Source: a virus
Taxonomy: Duplodnaviria > Caudoviricetes
Virus record (IMG/VR): IMGVR_UViG_3300030376_002859
Coordinates: 1-39,249 of that record
Direction: 5' to 3' (one strand)
DNA length: 39,249 nucleotides
A model generated the notes under the pieces. The model was not told the origin of the DNA. It saw nothing but the letters and a program-made list of their open reading frames with translations, and did not search any database. Shown here piece by piece: positions 8,545 through 17,047 of the stretch; the first letter of the stretch is position 1; every line of letters starts with the position of its first letter. A program made the translations under genes and the position numbers.

Positions 8545-10670
8545 GCTATTCTCCTGTCTATATTGTTATCTGTTATATCTAAATTCGTTAGTTTGTCAAC
8601 ATCTATTTCAGTCATTTCAAACCAATCATCACCTATTTTTAACTCTACTTCCATAGGTACATCTAAGGTTAAATTAAATATTTTATCCATTGCAGGTCCA
8701 ACACCCATCATAGCTTTATAAATAAGCTTAGGCACTATTTCTAATTCATCTGGATGTATATCAATTACTATAGAATCATGTACTGTGTTTATAAATTTAC
8801 TCTTTAAATTCATAGACTTAGTAATGTTATTATAAAGCACACAAGATAAAGGCACAAGATCAGCAGTTGCTCCACTTTGTACAGGATAATTTTTTATCTT
8901 GGTTGCTTCAGTAACACCATTACGTAATCGTTTAACTTCTGGAAAAGCAAATTGTCTACCTGTTACTGTAGTAATTTTTTTATGTAGCATAACTTCTTCT
9001 TGAAGATCTGTATGCCATTTAGCTATACCACTGTACTTTTTCATAAATGATTTATTGTATTCCATTTCAGCAGCAGATCCTTTTACACCACCATATAGAG
9101 GTCTAAATGTTCTAGCCTTAGCATCTTGTCTTGAAGTCTTTTGACCTGCTTCTGTAAGAACCTTAGAGGTGTAGGAATGTACATCAAAGCCTTCATCTAT
9201 TTCTTTACGACCTGTAGCATCATCGCTCATCCATACAGCTATTCTAAATTCTAATTGACCAAAGTCAGCTTCTAATATTTTACCGCCAGGAAAACGAGAT
9301 ACTACTGCTTTTCTTACTGTAGCTGTACCACCACGAGGTAAGTTTTGAAAGTTAGGATTAGATGAAGATAGTCTACCTGTGCCTGTTCTTACTTGAGATA
9401 CCTGGGGATGAAGAATACCATTGATTACATTCTTGCGAATACCTTTGCAAAACGAATTGATATAAGTATCTAGTGCATTAATACGTTGCATATTAGTTAA
9501 AAACTGATGAGCAACTTCTAGGTTGTGTTGTTTAGCAATGACTGCCAAGCCTGCTAACGTAGTTTTATCTGTTGCGAAACCATGTGACATAACTTGTTGC
9601 ACATGTGTTGGTGAAAATTTAAAGCCTGCTACATCCGAGGTGGCATCATAAACATAGCCAGTACCAATGCAATGCTTACACATAGGCTGAATTTTGTATG
9701 GAGATCCATCTTTTTTTACCTTATATTGTTTTCCTGTACCTTTACAATCAGGACATTTTCTTACAGTTGTTTTACTTACAATCTTAGTTTGTTTTTTAAT
9801 TTGCTTTTGAAACTCTTGTTTAGGCATTCTAGGGCGATACTTTTTTTTACCACTAGCTGTAGTACCTATATTAAAAGTTTCAGCCCAAAGCTCTTTATCT
9901 ACAACACTTCTAGACCATATAATTTCAGAAAGCTGCTCAGGTGATGATAGATTGTAAGGCCTATCTCCCATGACACATTTAATTATCTTTGTATTTTGGA
10001 TAGCCTTCTCTTTTCTTTCCTGCTCGTAATCAGACTGTACCTTATCAAGTATATCCATATTAATACATATACCATTACGTTCTATATCAATAAGCACGTC
10101 AGTCATATCATTAGTTAACTCAACAATATTTTTCATACTACAGTGATCATCATCCTGGAGCATCTTATATTGAGTAGCAAACAAATCACCACAAGAAAGT
10201 AAATCGTATAAATTATATTCTTCTACAATGTCTTTAGGTATTGCTTCAAAGCCTGTGCCACTTTTAAATAGTTCTTCTACTAACTCTGATTTCTTTTCAG
10301 TTACTCCCCAACGTTTACAAGATTCAGATAAAGATAAAGCAATCTTTTGACCACGAGCATACAAGTATTCAACAATCATTGTATCCCATAATTTGCCATC
10401 GTATGTGAAACCACATTCTCTAAGCCAGGACAAATCAAATTTTACATTGTGTGCAATAAGTAGTGTAGTCTTGTCTAGAATATCTTGTAACTCTTTATGA
10501 GACTTTTTTATATCTATGTTTGGTAATTCATTGTGATTAAACCAAATAACTTTTTTTTTATCAGGTTCGTCTACAGGCATAACGCCAACACATACCATAT
10601 AGTTATCTGGTTTATAAGGGGAGGGACTTTTGTTTGTTACTGTTGTTTCTATATCTAATACTAATTTCAT
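8541..10670 (-). CDS. polA: Family A DNA polymerase with 3'-5' exonuclease and DnaJ-type zinc-finger insertion
   Basis: Exo motifs LDIET, HNVKFDL, YNLYD; TGRLSSSNPNFQN, motif A DFGQLEFR, motif B RQDAKARTFRPLYG (Phe at the 762-equivalent), motif C VHDS; insert CPDCKGTG...CKHCIGTG. Confidence 0.95.
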   Translation of the reverse strand: MKLVLDIETTVTNKSPSPYKPDNYMVCVGVMPVDEPDKKKVIWFNHNELPNIDIKKSHKELQDILDKTTLLIAHNVKFDLSWLRECGFTYDGKLWDTMIVEYLYARGQKIALSLSESCKRWGVTEKKSELVEELFKSGTGFEAIPKDIVEEYNLYDLLSCGDLFATQYKMLQDDDHCSMKNIVELTNDMTDVLIDIERNGICINMDILDKVQSDYEQERKEKAIQNTKIIKCVMGDRPYNLSSPEQLSEIIWSRSVVDKELWAETFNIGTTASGKKKYRPRMPKQEFQKQIKKQTKIVSKTTVRKCPDCKGTGKQYKVKKDGSPYKIQPMCKHCIGTGYVYDATSDVAGFKFSPTHVQQVMSHGFATDKTTLAGLAVIAKQHNLEVAHQFLTNMQRINALDTYINSFCKGIRKNVINGILHPQVSQVRTGTGRLSSSNPNFQNLPRGGTATVRKAVVSRFPGGKILEADFGQLEFRIAVWMSDDATGRKEIDEGFDVHSYTSKVLTEAGQKTSRQDAKARTFRPLYGGVKGSAAEMEYNKSFMKKYSGIAKWHTDLQEEVMLHKKITTVTGRQFAFPEVKRLRNGVTEATKIKNYPVQSGATADLVPLSCVLYNNITKSMNLKSKFINTVHDSIVIDIHPDELEIVPKLIYKAMMGVGPAMDKIFNLTLDVPMEVELKIGDDWFEMTEIDVDKLTNLDITDNNIDRRIA
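8572..8599 (-). promoter_or_regulatory. Sigma70-type promoter inside the 3' end of polA
   Basis: Minus strand TTGACA-N16-TATAAC; shares GTTGACA...TAGATATAAC with the promoter at 13607-13634. Confidence 0.7.
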
Positions 10671-10687
10671 TCTTTTACCTTATGTGT

Positions 10688-10730
10688 GGAAGGCAGGCAG
10701 TAAAATAGGAATAAAAACCACCTACCTTCC
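10688..10730 (-). other. 14-bp RNA hairpin with pyrimidine-rich loop in the polA leader
   Basis: Minus strand GGAAGGTAGGTGGT / ACTGCCTGCCTTCC pairs fully with G-U wobbles (mismatches on plus strand); loop TTTTATTCCTATTTT. Confidence 0.65.
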
Positions 10731-10748
10731 GAGTCATCGGATAGAGGA

Positions 10749-11516
10749 CTAAAGCTTAATCTGAGCCTGCTTTAAAGCATGTTCAAGTTTCTTAACCGTA
10801 TGTAAACAAGACTCTATGTATAGATTTTTCTCCTTGGCATTAAGAGGCGAAACTACCGTGAAGATTTCATCTATAATGTCTACGACTTGATCACCAGAAA
10901 AGTTACTTAAACCACTAACAACATTACTCCATACAGCAACACTGCTTAAAGGCTTAGACGTAGCTTCTATTGTAATATCAGCCTGTTCTCCGACAATGTC
11001 AACTTTCTGCTCAGGTATTTCTGGTGAAGAAGGCGGCAGGATAAGACCGTCATCAGTATCTTCAAACGCAGAAAACTCTGCAAGAGCATCATCGTTGACG
11101 TTTAAGTCTTCGATACAAGGTAAGTTATTGGGGGGGACAGTACCTTCATCTAGACTTAAATCATTTTGTGGTTCTTCAATAACCACTTTTGTTTTACGCA
11201 ATCTTTTTAAAGCTTCTGAAATAGATTTAACATTATCAGTTTCAACCCATTCCATAACTTGTTCTTTAGCAACTGCAATCTTTCTATAGTTGTGTGCCAT
11301 CTGTCTACTAAAGGGTAAATTTTCTGTAACCCAAAACTTCCATCTGACACCATTTAAACTGCAATGATCTTGTGCTTCAATAAGTAAGTCACCAATTTCA
11401 ATAGCAGTTATTAATGTATTTCTAACTAGGACTTTCATAGTCATAGCTTTTTCTTCTATCTCTTTTCCATATGCATTTAACACAGGATCTACTTTTATAG
11501 GTATTGATTGATTCAT
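10749..11516 (-). CDS. DUF3102-domain protein
   Basis: AIEIGDLLIEAQ..G..WKFWVTENLPFSRQMAHNYRKIA matches DUF3102; GGAGG SD; acidic linker follows. Confidence 0.75.
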   Translation of the reverse strand: MNQSIPIKVDPVLNAYGKEIEEKAMTMKVLVRNTLITAIEIGDLLIEAQDHCSLNGVRWKFWVTENLPFSRQMAHNYRKIAVAKEQVMEWVETDNVKSISEALKRLRKTKVVIEEPQNDLSLDEGTVPPNNLPCIEDLNVNDDALAEFSAFEDTDDGLILPPSSPEIPEQKVDIVGEQADITIEATSKPLSSVAVWSNVVSGLSNFSGDQVVDIIDEIFTVVSPLNAKEKNLYIESCLHTVKKLEHALKQAQIKL

Positions 11517-11525
11517 AATTTCCTC

Positions 11526-12758
11526 CTAATCTCTGAACCGTGCAGTGTCCGAATCGACAACGCATACCCAACGATCTTGAACACCATTAATTTTATTCTT
11601 AACAACATTTACCCATCGTTGGTTAGTGTCACCCTCTTCAATATTTTCTTTACCAAAGAGGACTATTAAATCAGCTTCACCTGCTTTACCTGTTTTAGAA
11701 CCAGACATCATGCCATAGTGTAGCATTGTCTTACCTTCGGCATCAGCAGATAACTGATTAAATCCTAAGAATACACAATCATATCTTTTAGCAATAGATC
11801 TTGCTTGGCCATACAATTCTGTTAAACGTAAATCTTCACGAGCAAATGATCCTGACATAGGTACTTTATCAAGTATATCAACACATACAATATCAGGTCT
11901 TTCTTGCTCTATCTTCATTTCAATCTGACCAAGTGTCATCTGGTCACCATCAAGTACAATAAGATTGTCACCAACTTTCTTCCATACTTCTTTTAACTTT
12001 TCATTCTGACCTTTTAACTCACGAGTTACAATACCAGATGCAGCAGATAGCATTCTATGTGTATGTCGCTTTGGTAATTCTTCATTTGTAATACACAATA
12101 CTTTAGCACCTTGATCTAGGAATCCTCCAGGACCTGCAACAGAGTAATGCCAGAACATGGATTTACCTACATTAGGCCTAGCACCACATATAGCTAACAT
12201 TCCTCTTTCAATACCAGGTACTCTTGCATCTAGGGAGGGCAAGTTAAACGCAAAAGAGTACCCTTCATCCATACCACTTAGTAATGAATCGACATCTAAA
12301 TTCAATTGTCTTTTATCACTAGTATCTGTAGAGGCATGAATATCTTTTAATTCTTCTAATCTTCTTATTACAGGATAAGGATCATAGTGTTCACCCTGTA
12401 CAATTTTAATTGCTTCTTGAGCTACTTCTCTAGCTGATTGTTGTATAGATAATTTACGAACCATATCTCTAGCTACGTCTACACCAATGTCTTCTACTTT
12501 CGATAAAGCATTAAAGGTAGCCTGAACCTGAGCAGACTTAGCTGAAGAAAGATCTGGATGAGATGTAAGGTAGTGCTTCTCTACTTCTGTTATGGTTAAA
12601 TCTCTATCGTAAGAATCGTAAGCTGAATAGATAGCATCTTTAATTGCTTTTGTTCCATTCAAGAATACACTATCTGATACATCTTTTACTTCTCTAGCAA
12701 AAGTTCTATCGGTTACAATCTTCTTTAGTAGTTCTCTATATACATCTGTTGTACTCAT
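11526..12758 (-). CDS. DnaB-like (SF4) replicative helicase
   Basis: Walker A GARPNVGKS, ITNEE, Walker B VCVDILD, FNQLS, GSKTGKAGEADL, VVKNKING. Confidence 0.9.
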   Translation of the reverse strand: MSTTDVYRELLKKIVTDRTFAREVKDVSDSVFLNGTKAIKDAIYSAYDSYDRDLTITEVEKHYLTSHPDLSSAKSAQVQATFNALSKVEDIGVDVARDMVRKLSIQQSAREVAQEAIKIVQGEHYDPYPVIRRLEELKDIHASTDTSDKRQLNLDVDSLLSGMDEGYSFAFNLPSLDARVPGIERGMLAICGARPNVGKSMFWHYSVAGPGGFLDQGAKVLCITNEELPKRHTHRMLSAASGIVTRELKGQNEKLKEVWKKVGDNLIVLDGDQMTLGQIEMKIEQERPDIVCVDILDKVPMSGSFAREDLRLTELYGQARSIAKRYDCVFLGFNQLSADAEGKTMLHYGMMSGSKTGKAGEADLIVLFGKENIEEGDTNQRWVNVVKNKINGVQDRWVCVVDSDTARFRD

Positions 12759-12764
12759 ATCCTA

Positions 12765-13556
12765 TTATCCTATTTGTAATTCATTCATTGCTTGTTCTTT
12801 ATTAAAATATTTTAAATCGTCTCTAATTAATGCGATCCTACAATTCGTGTATACACTTAAAGTCTTTTGGATGTCAAATGATTTCGCATAAGCATCTGGA
12901 TCAAGTGCAACAACTAGTGTTTCATATTGTTTTAAAATATCCATATAGCTATCCAACAATGATGTTCCTAATAAAGCAATGCCTGTACAAAAAGGTGCAA
13001 CTGTAGTTGCTGATGTAGCATCTTCTACAATTACTCCTGTTGTGCCACTGCCGATTATAAAAGGGTGTGCTGCATTATCATATCTATACCACTTAGGTTG
13101 TTGTTTAGAGTTCAATGCTCTACCCACTGCTCCTACTACTTCGTCTTCATGCACAATAGTAAATACTGCTCTATGCATTTTAACATCATAGTAAAATCTA
13201 TCTTTATCTAATAAATAACCTTCTAAGCAATTAAACTTCTCCAGGTAATTCATAGTCTCTTTAGAACGATTAGCTTCAATAAAGTATTCTGGTAATACAA
13301 AAGGTAGCTTCTCATCATTTATGTCAAATGTATTTGACACAATTCGTGATAAATCTTCTACACTTAGATCCTCTTCAGTATTACCTTTAGCTTTACATGA
13401 AGCACTAAAACAATTCCACAATAAAAAACCCCTCCGTTTGGTTACCGAAAGGGTTTTAGTATGGCCACAGAAGATACAATCTATTCTTTTGTTTGTACCT
13501 TCATCTAAATCTAATTCTTTAATTCTTTCTAATTGATTATATAATCCATTTTGCAT
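12765..13556 (-). CDS. DNA primase (zinc finger + TOPRIM)
   Basis: CIFC..WNCFSASC zinc-binding domain; VIVEDATSA, ALLGT, VALDPDA TOPRIM motifs; next to the helicase. Confidence 0.88.
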   Translation of the reverse strand: MQNGLYNQLERIKELDLDEGTNKRIDCIFCGHTKTLSVTKRRGFLLWNCFSASCKAKGNTEEDLSVEDLSRIVSNTFDINDEKLPFVLPEYFIEANRSKETMNYLEKFNCLEGYLLDKDRFYYDVKMHRAVFTIVHEDEVVGAVGRALNSKQQPKWYRYDNAAHPFIIGSGTTGVIVEDATSATTVAPFCTGIALLGTSLLDSYMDILKQYETLVVALDPDAYAKSFDIQKTLSVYTNCRIALIRDDLKYFNKEQAMNELQIG

Positions 13557-13606
13557 ATCTATCTGGGGCAGGTTTTATATATACCCCCTCTACCACGTTG
13601 GTAGTA

Positions 13607-13634
13607 GTTATATCTATGAAATTAGATCTGTCAA
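13607..13634 (-). promoter_or_regulatory. Sigma70-type promoter of the primase-helicase-polymerase operon
   Basis: Minus strand TTGACA-N16-TATAAC, about 50 nt upstream of the primase ATG. Confidence 0.7.
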
Positions 13635-13807
13635 CTAAATTTTGAAATTTTATTATTTGCACGCATAACATTGTGCATTGAAGTATTTAAATGTTCTAAA
13701 CATTCTAACTCAACTCTGCCCTCTAGTTCTTCTGAACGCACAAGTTTACTTTGTATAGACTCTATGTCTTTAAATACTCTTCTGAGATCATTTAATATAT
13801 TTTCCAT
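13631..13807 (-). CDS. 58-aa helical hypothetical protein (MENILNDLRRVFKDIE...), not in the ORF track
   Basis: SD GAAGGAG, ATG 13807, TGA 13631-13633; co-oriented with the arm. Confidence 0.65.
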   Translation of the reverse strand: MENILNDLRRVFKDIESIQSKLVRSEELEGRVELECLEHLNTSMHNVMRANNKISKFS

Positions 13808-13988
13808 TTTATTCTCCTTCTATATCTATCTCACTGGTGTAATGCTTTGGTACACCTCTTCTTGTAGTTTTACCATGGACAAGCTGTATCGTAATGTCCT
13901 CTCCTACCAGAGACAACCCTGAACAACATATTACAAATACTAAATTAGTTATAATAGCTTTTCATATATTCGACACAACAAACCCCAT

Positions 13989-14027
13989 AAAAAAACATGG
14001 CAACTAAGGTTTATTTTAATTGCCATG
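13989..14027 (-). terminator. Rho-independent terminator ending the early transcript
   Basis: CATGGCAA...TTGCCATG inverted repeat (13996-14027) followed on the minus strand by T7. Confidence 0.7.
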
Positions 14028-14103
14028 CCTACACATATAAGGATGTTCTTACATATATACGTAAACTTTTTGTAAAAACAATCTTGACATTACGATTTTT
14101 ATT

Positions 14104-14211
14104 CTAGCAAACACTAGTAACTGCATTCGCTAAATTAGATTTATAGGCCATAACGTACAGGACAAACATTATTAAAAACAATACCTTACCTATAATATTA
14201 ACTATTTCCAT
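14104..14211 (-). CDS. 35-aa single-TM peptide, not in the ORF track
   Basis: MEIVNIIGKVLFLIMFVLYVMAYKSNLANAVTSVC; AGGGAG SD upstream. Confidence 0.55.
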   Translation of the reverse strand: MEIVNIIGKVLFLIMFVLYVMAYKSNLANAVTSVC

Positions 14212-14326
14212 TATCAATCTCCCTTTTCTCTTTTTTTCTGTTATACTTCTTTTTATTAGAAACTACCCTAGTATACGTATTTTGTTTCTCTCTTATTACT
14301 CTGGGTTTACTAATTTCTTTTTTCAT
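14198..14326 (-). CDS. 42-aa basic peptide (..TRVVSNKKKYNRKKEK..), not in the ORF track
   Basis: ATG 1 nt after the upstream stop; tiles the operon. Confidence 0.55.
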   Translation of the reverse strand: MKKEISKPRVIREKQNTYTRVVSNKKKYNRKKEKREIDNGNS

Positions 14327-14327
14327 T

Positions 14328-14522
14328 TTACCAATGCCTAAGCACTCCTGCTACTATAAAAAAACAAGTTGCCCAGGCTACAAACTTTTCAATTAACTTT
14401 ATATACAATCCTACCTTAGCTTGTTTCTGCTGCAGGATTGCAGTCTTAGGTGTATCATCATCTGTTTCACCTATAGGATAATCAATAGCTCTTGCAATTA
14501 TTTTTTCTAACGAAGTGTACAT
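14328..14522 (-). CDS. Small protein with C-terminal TM helix
   Basis: FVAWATCFFIVAGVLRHW hydrophobic tail; TAATG coupling. Confidence 0.65.
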   Translation of the reverse strand: MYTSLEKIIARAIDYPIGETDDDTPKTAILQQKQAKVGLYIKLIEKFVAWATCFFIVAGVLRHW

Positions 14523-14845
14523 TAATTTAAATCCCTTGGATCTATAGGCTCATCATTTTCTAACTGTACCTTCTCTAGATCTTTTAACACTTCTTGTACT
14601 TCTGGAAACATCACTTGCATAGTAGGAAAGTTGTTCCAGTCTTGTATTTCAAATTGTTCTACAAGTTTTATAAAGTCTTTATGATTAGTGTGTGTTCTCC
14701 ATACAGTGAGTCCTAAGAATATAAATAGACTAGCTACATCCATAGGATGAATATCTTTCCGGTTTAAATTTATAACTGCATTAATAAATTCTAAACTTAT
14801 TTCTTTTACATCCTCATCTGACAAGTTATCACTTTTTGTAAACAT
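14522..14845 (-). CDS. Hypothetical protein
   Basis: 107-aa ORF, AGGAG SD. Confidence 0.65.
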   Translation of the reverse strand: MFTKSDNLSDEDVKEISLEFINAVINLNRKDIHPMDVASLFIFLGLTVWRTHTNHKDFIKLVEQFEIQDWNNFPTMQVMFPEVQEVLKDLEKVQLENDEPIDPRDLN

Positions 14846-14966
14846 AAATTTTCTCCTGGTTTAAGTTTTCTGTTTTTATAAATATGTATATTACTATGCA
14901 GGCTGTAAACAGAAGTGTAAATGCACACCCCCAACCAAACATTAAAGATACTGTTACTAAATTCAT
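14829..14966 (-). CDS. 45-aa single-TM peptide, not in the ORF track
   Basis: MNLVTVSLMFGWGCAFTLLFTACIVIYIFIK...; AGGGAG SD; ATGA overlap with the upstream ORF. Confidence 0.55.
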   Translation of the reverse strand: MNLVTVSLMFGWGCAFTLLFTACIVIYIFIKTENLNQEKIYVYKK

Positions 14967-15088
14967 TTTCTTTTCTCCCTTCTTAATAATTCTTCTTTAA
15001 ACTTTTTCCACTGTGGGGATGTAGTGTCTACACGATCTACCTTTTTTTGTACAGTGATAAAATTAAATTCGTGTTGTGGGTTGGTCAT
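14963..15088 (-). CDS. 41-aa hypothetical peptide, not in the ORF track
   Basis: GGAGG SD at the end of the methyltransferase gene; MTNPQHEFNFITVQKK... Confidence 0.55.
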   Translation of the reverse strand: MTNPQHEFNFITVQKKVDRVDTTSPQWKKFKEELLRREKRK

Positions 15089-17038
15089 TTATACCTCCAT
15101 ATTTTTAAGTATATGTTCAATAACTCTTACAGTAAATCCATTGCCAAGCATTTTGTATCGTTGGGTATTTGATACTCCCTCAGTGTAGTTATCTGGTACA
15201 GTTTGTAATCTCTCGCATTCCAATGGTGTAAGCTTACGCCAATGTAATTCATCAACACTATCCCACTCATGCCTGTCATAAGATTGTCTGCCACCAGATC
15301 TAACTGTTTTAGATTTATCTCTAATCTTACTTATCTGTATTGTATGTTGCTTAGAAGTATTAGCAGTTATGGTATTAGATTTATCATCTTTTCTTTCTAC
15401 TAAATGCCTCATATGTCTAGGTGACCAATCCTTACCTGTCTTTTTCTTATGCTCTCGTCTTATCTTATTAGCTTCTGGTGTTCTTACCTCAGTCATAGAT
15501 TTAACAGCAATGCTATCTTTTTGGACTGTTGTAAGAGCGTTACTCTTGTCATCTTCTCTTACCTCAAGCATTTGTTTTGTTTTACCTGCAACAGATACAC
15601 CATCTTTATCCATTCGTTTACCTTCTTTATCATAAGCTCTTCCAACCATTCTGCCGCCCTTTACCTCAACTTTAGGTTCTCTATGGCCACCACCCATTGT
15701 TGTAAGTGTTGGTGACTTACCATCCTCTGAGTACACTCGCTTGATAATGTCGTAACCTTTTATATCTGTAGCAGTACCAACTTGTTTAGGTGTATTGTAA
15801 GTTTCAATGTATTGTTCTTTATTACTAGAAGTTAATGTAGGTGATTTACCATTCTCTGAATAAACTCTTTGTTTAGTTTCATACACACCATCTCTATACT
15901 CAAACTCCATAATCTGTTTATCAAAGACATCAGTTTCAATACCTAATGTATCTTTAAGTTTAAACCAAATGTCATCACCAGGAATAGCAAAGCTAGTATC
16001 AGTTCTAAACCAATGCTCTACTTTAGTAACAGGCATATCAGTTTCTGTTGCTATCTGTTTATTTGTTTTTCCAGATTGTTCTTTCATAGACCTAAGTAAA
16101 TACTGTAAACCTTTTATATCTACCTCATGCTTTCTAACTTTCACTTCTTCTACATTCATTCCTACTTTTTTAGGTGTATTGTAAGTTTCCAAAGGCACTA
16201 GCGTCATACCATTGTTGCCTGCACCTTTATACATAGTAGCTGTTAAGGTTAAAGATTTTTGATTAGGCATTTTAGTATGTTTCAAATTTCTTTCTGTATT
16301 CTTTACGGCTTTATGTTTTGGTTTACCCTCATCGTCACAAGCCAAATAGTTACCTTGCCTTCCATTCTTTACATAATCCATAGCAGAAAAACTGTGAGCC
16401 TTTTCTTTGGTGTCATCAATCATACAATTTCTTTCTCCATTTCTTTCAAGAAAGTTATCTGACATTTCTGTAAATTCTTCTGGTTCATATTCCAACACAT
16501 CTCTCAATACAATACCAAGATCTTCTGGCTGTTCAATTCCTGGTATGTTAGTCCAATACAATCTGTTTCTATTCTGTGCTGAAAGTAATGCAGAGTTAAT
16601 CAGAATAGGCTCGATACCAAATAGACCACCACTTGTACATTCAGGGTATATGTTAGATACTTGTTCTGATATTACAGCTTGAAACTCTTTCTTCATACGA
16701 ACATTCTCAAGCAAGAAGTATTTAGGTTTAACTTCTTTTAATATTCTAACAAACTCAAAGAACAATGCAGAGCGTGGATCATCGAATGCTAATTGTTTGC
16801 CTGCAAAACTAAATCCCTGGCAAGGGCTACCTGCAACAATCAAATCAATCTCAGGTAAATCTTTACCTTTGATATCCTTAACATCTCCTAGATGTATAGT
16901 ATCTGGGAAATTCTTTTTTGCTATTTGTATTCCATATTTATCTATCTCACTTGCATAGTAAGTATCGACTTTGATACCTAAGTTCTTTAATGCAATTTGA
17001 GTACATGACATTCCGTCAAATAAACTAAGTACTTTCAT
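15089..17038 (-). CDS. DNA (cytosine-5) methyltransferase with greatly expanded modular variable region
   Basis: Motif I LSLFDGMSC, IV GSPCQGFS, VI LLENV, VIII QNRNRLYW, IX RKLTPLECERLQT, X RYKMLGNG; roughly 430 aa between VIII and IX. Confidence 0.93.
   Translation of the reverse strand: MKVLSLFDGMSCTQIALKNLGIKVDTYYASEIDKYGIQIAKKNFPDTIHLGDVKDIKGKDLPEIDLIVAGSPCQGFSFAGKQLAFDDPRSALFFEFVRILKEVKPKYFLLENVRMKKEFQAVISEQVSNIYPECTSGGLFGIEPILINSALLSAQNRNRLYWTNIPGIEQPEDLGIVLRDVLEYEPEEFTEMSDNFLERNGERNCMIDDTKEKAHSFSAMDYVKNGRQGNYLACDDEGKPKHKAVKNTERNLKHTKMPNQKSLTLTATMYKGAGNNGMTLVPLETYNTPKKVGMNVEEVKVRKHEVDIKGLQYLLRSMKEQSGKTNKQIATETDMPVTKVEHWFRTDTSFAIPGDDIWFKLKDTLGIETDVFDKQIMEFEYRDGVYETKQRVYSENGKSPTLTSSNKEQYIETYNTPKQVGTATDIKGYDIIKRVYSEDGKSPTLTTMGGGHREPKVEVKGGRMVGRAYDKEGKRMDKDGVSVAGKTKQMLEVREDDKSNALTTVQKDSIAVKSMTEVRTPEANKIRREHKKKTGKDWSPRHMRHLVERKDDKSNTITANTSKQHTIQISKIRDKSKTVRSGGRQSYDRHEWDSVDELHWRKLTPLECERLQTVPDNYTEGVSNTQRYKMLGNGFTVRVIEHILKNMEV
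15785..16189. repeat. 21-bp direct repeat TTTAGGTGTATTGTAAGTTTC at 15785-15805 and 16169-16189
   Basis: Exact copies 384 bp (128 codons) apart, both encoding ETYNTPK. Confidence 0.9.
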
Positions 17039-17047
17039 TACTCCCTC

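Noticed and set aside
15900-16150. Intein or intron in the methyltransferase (also considered for PolA, RNR and TerL)
   Set aside because: No C/S...HN-C/S/T splice motifs or LAGLIDADG blocks; reading frames are uninterrupted.
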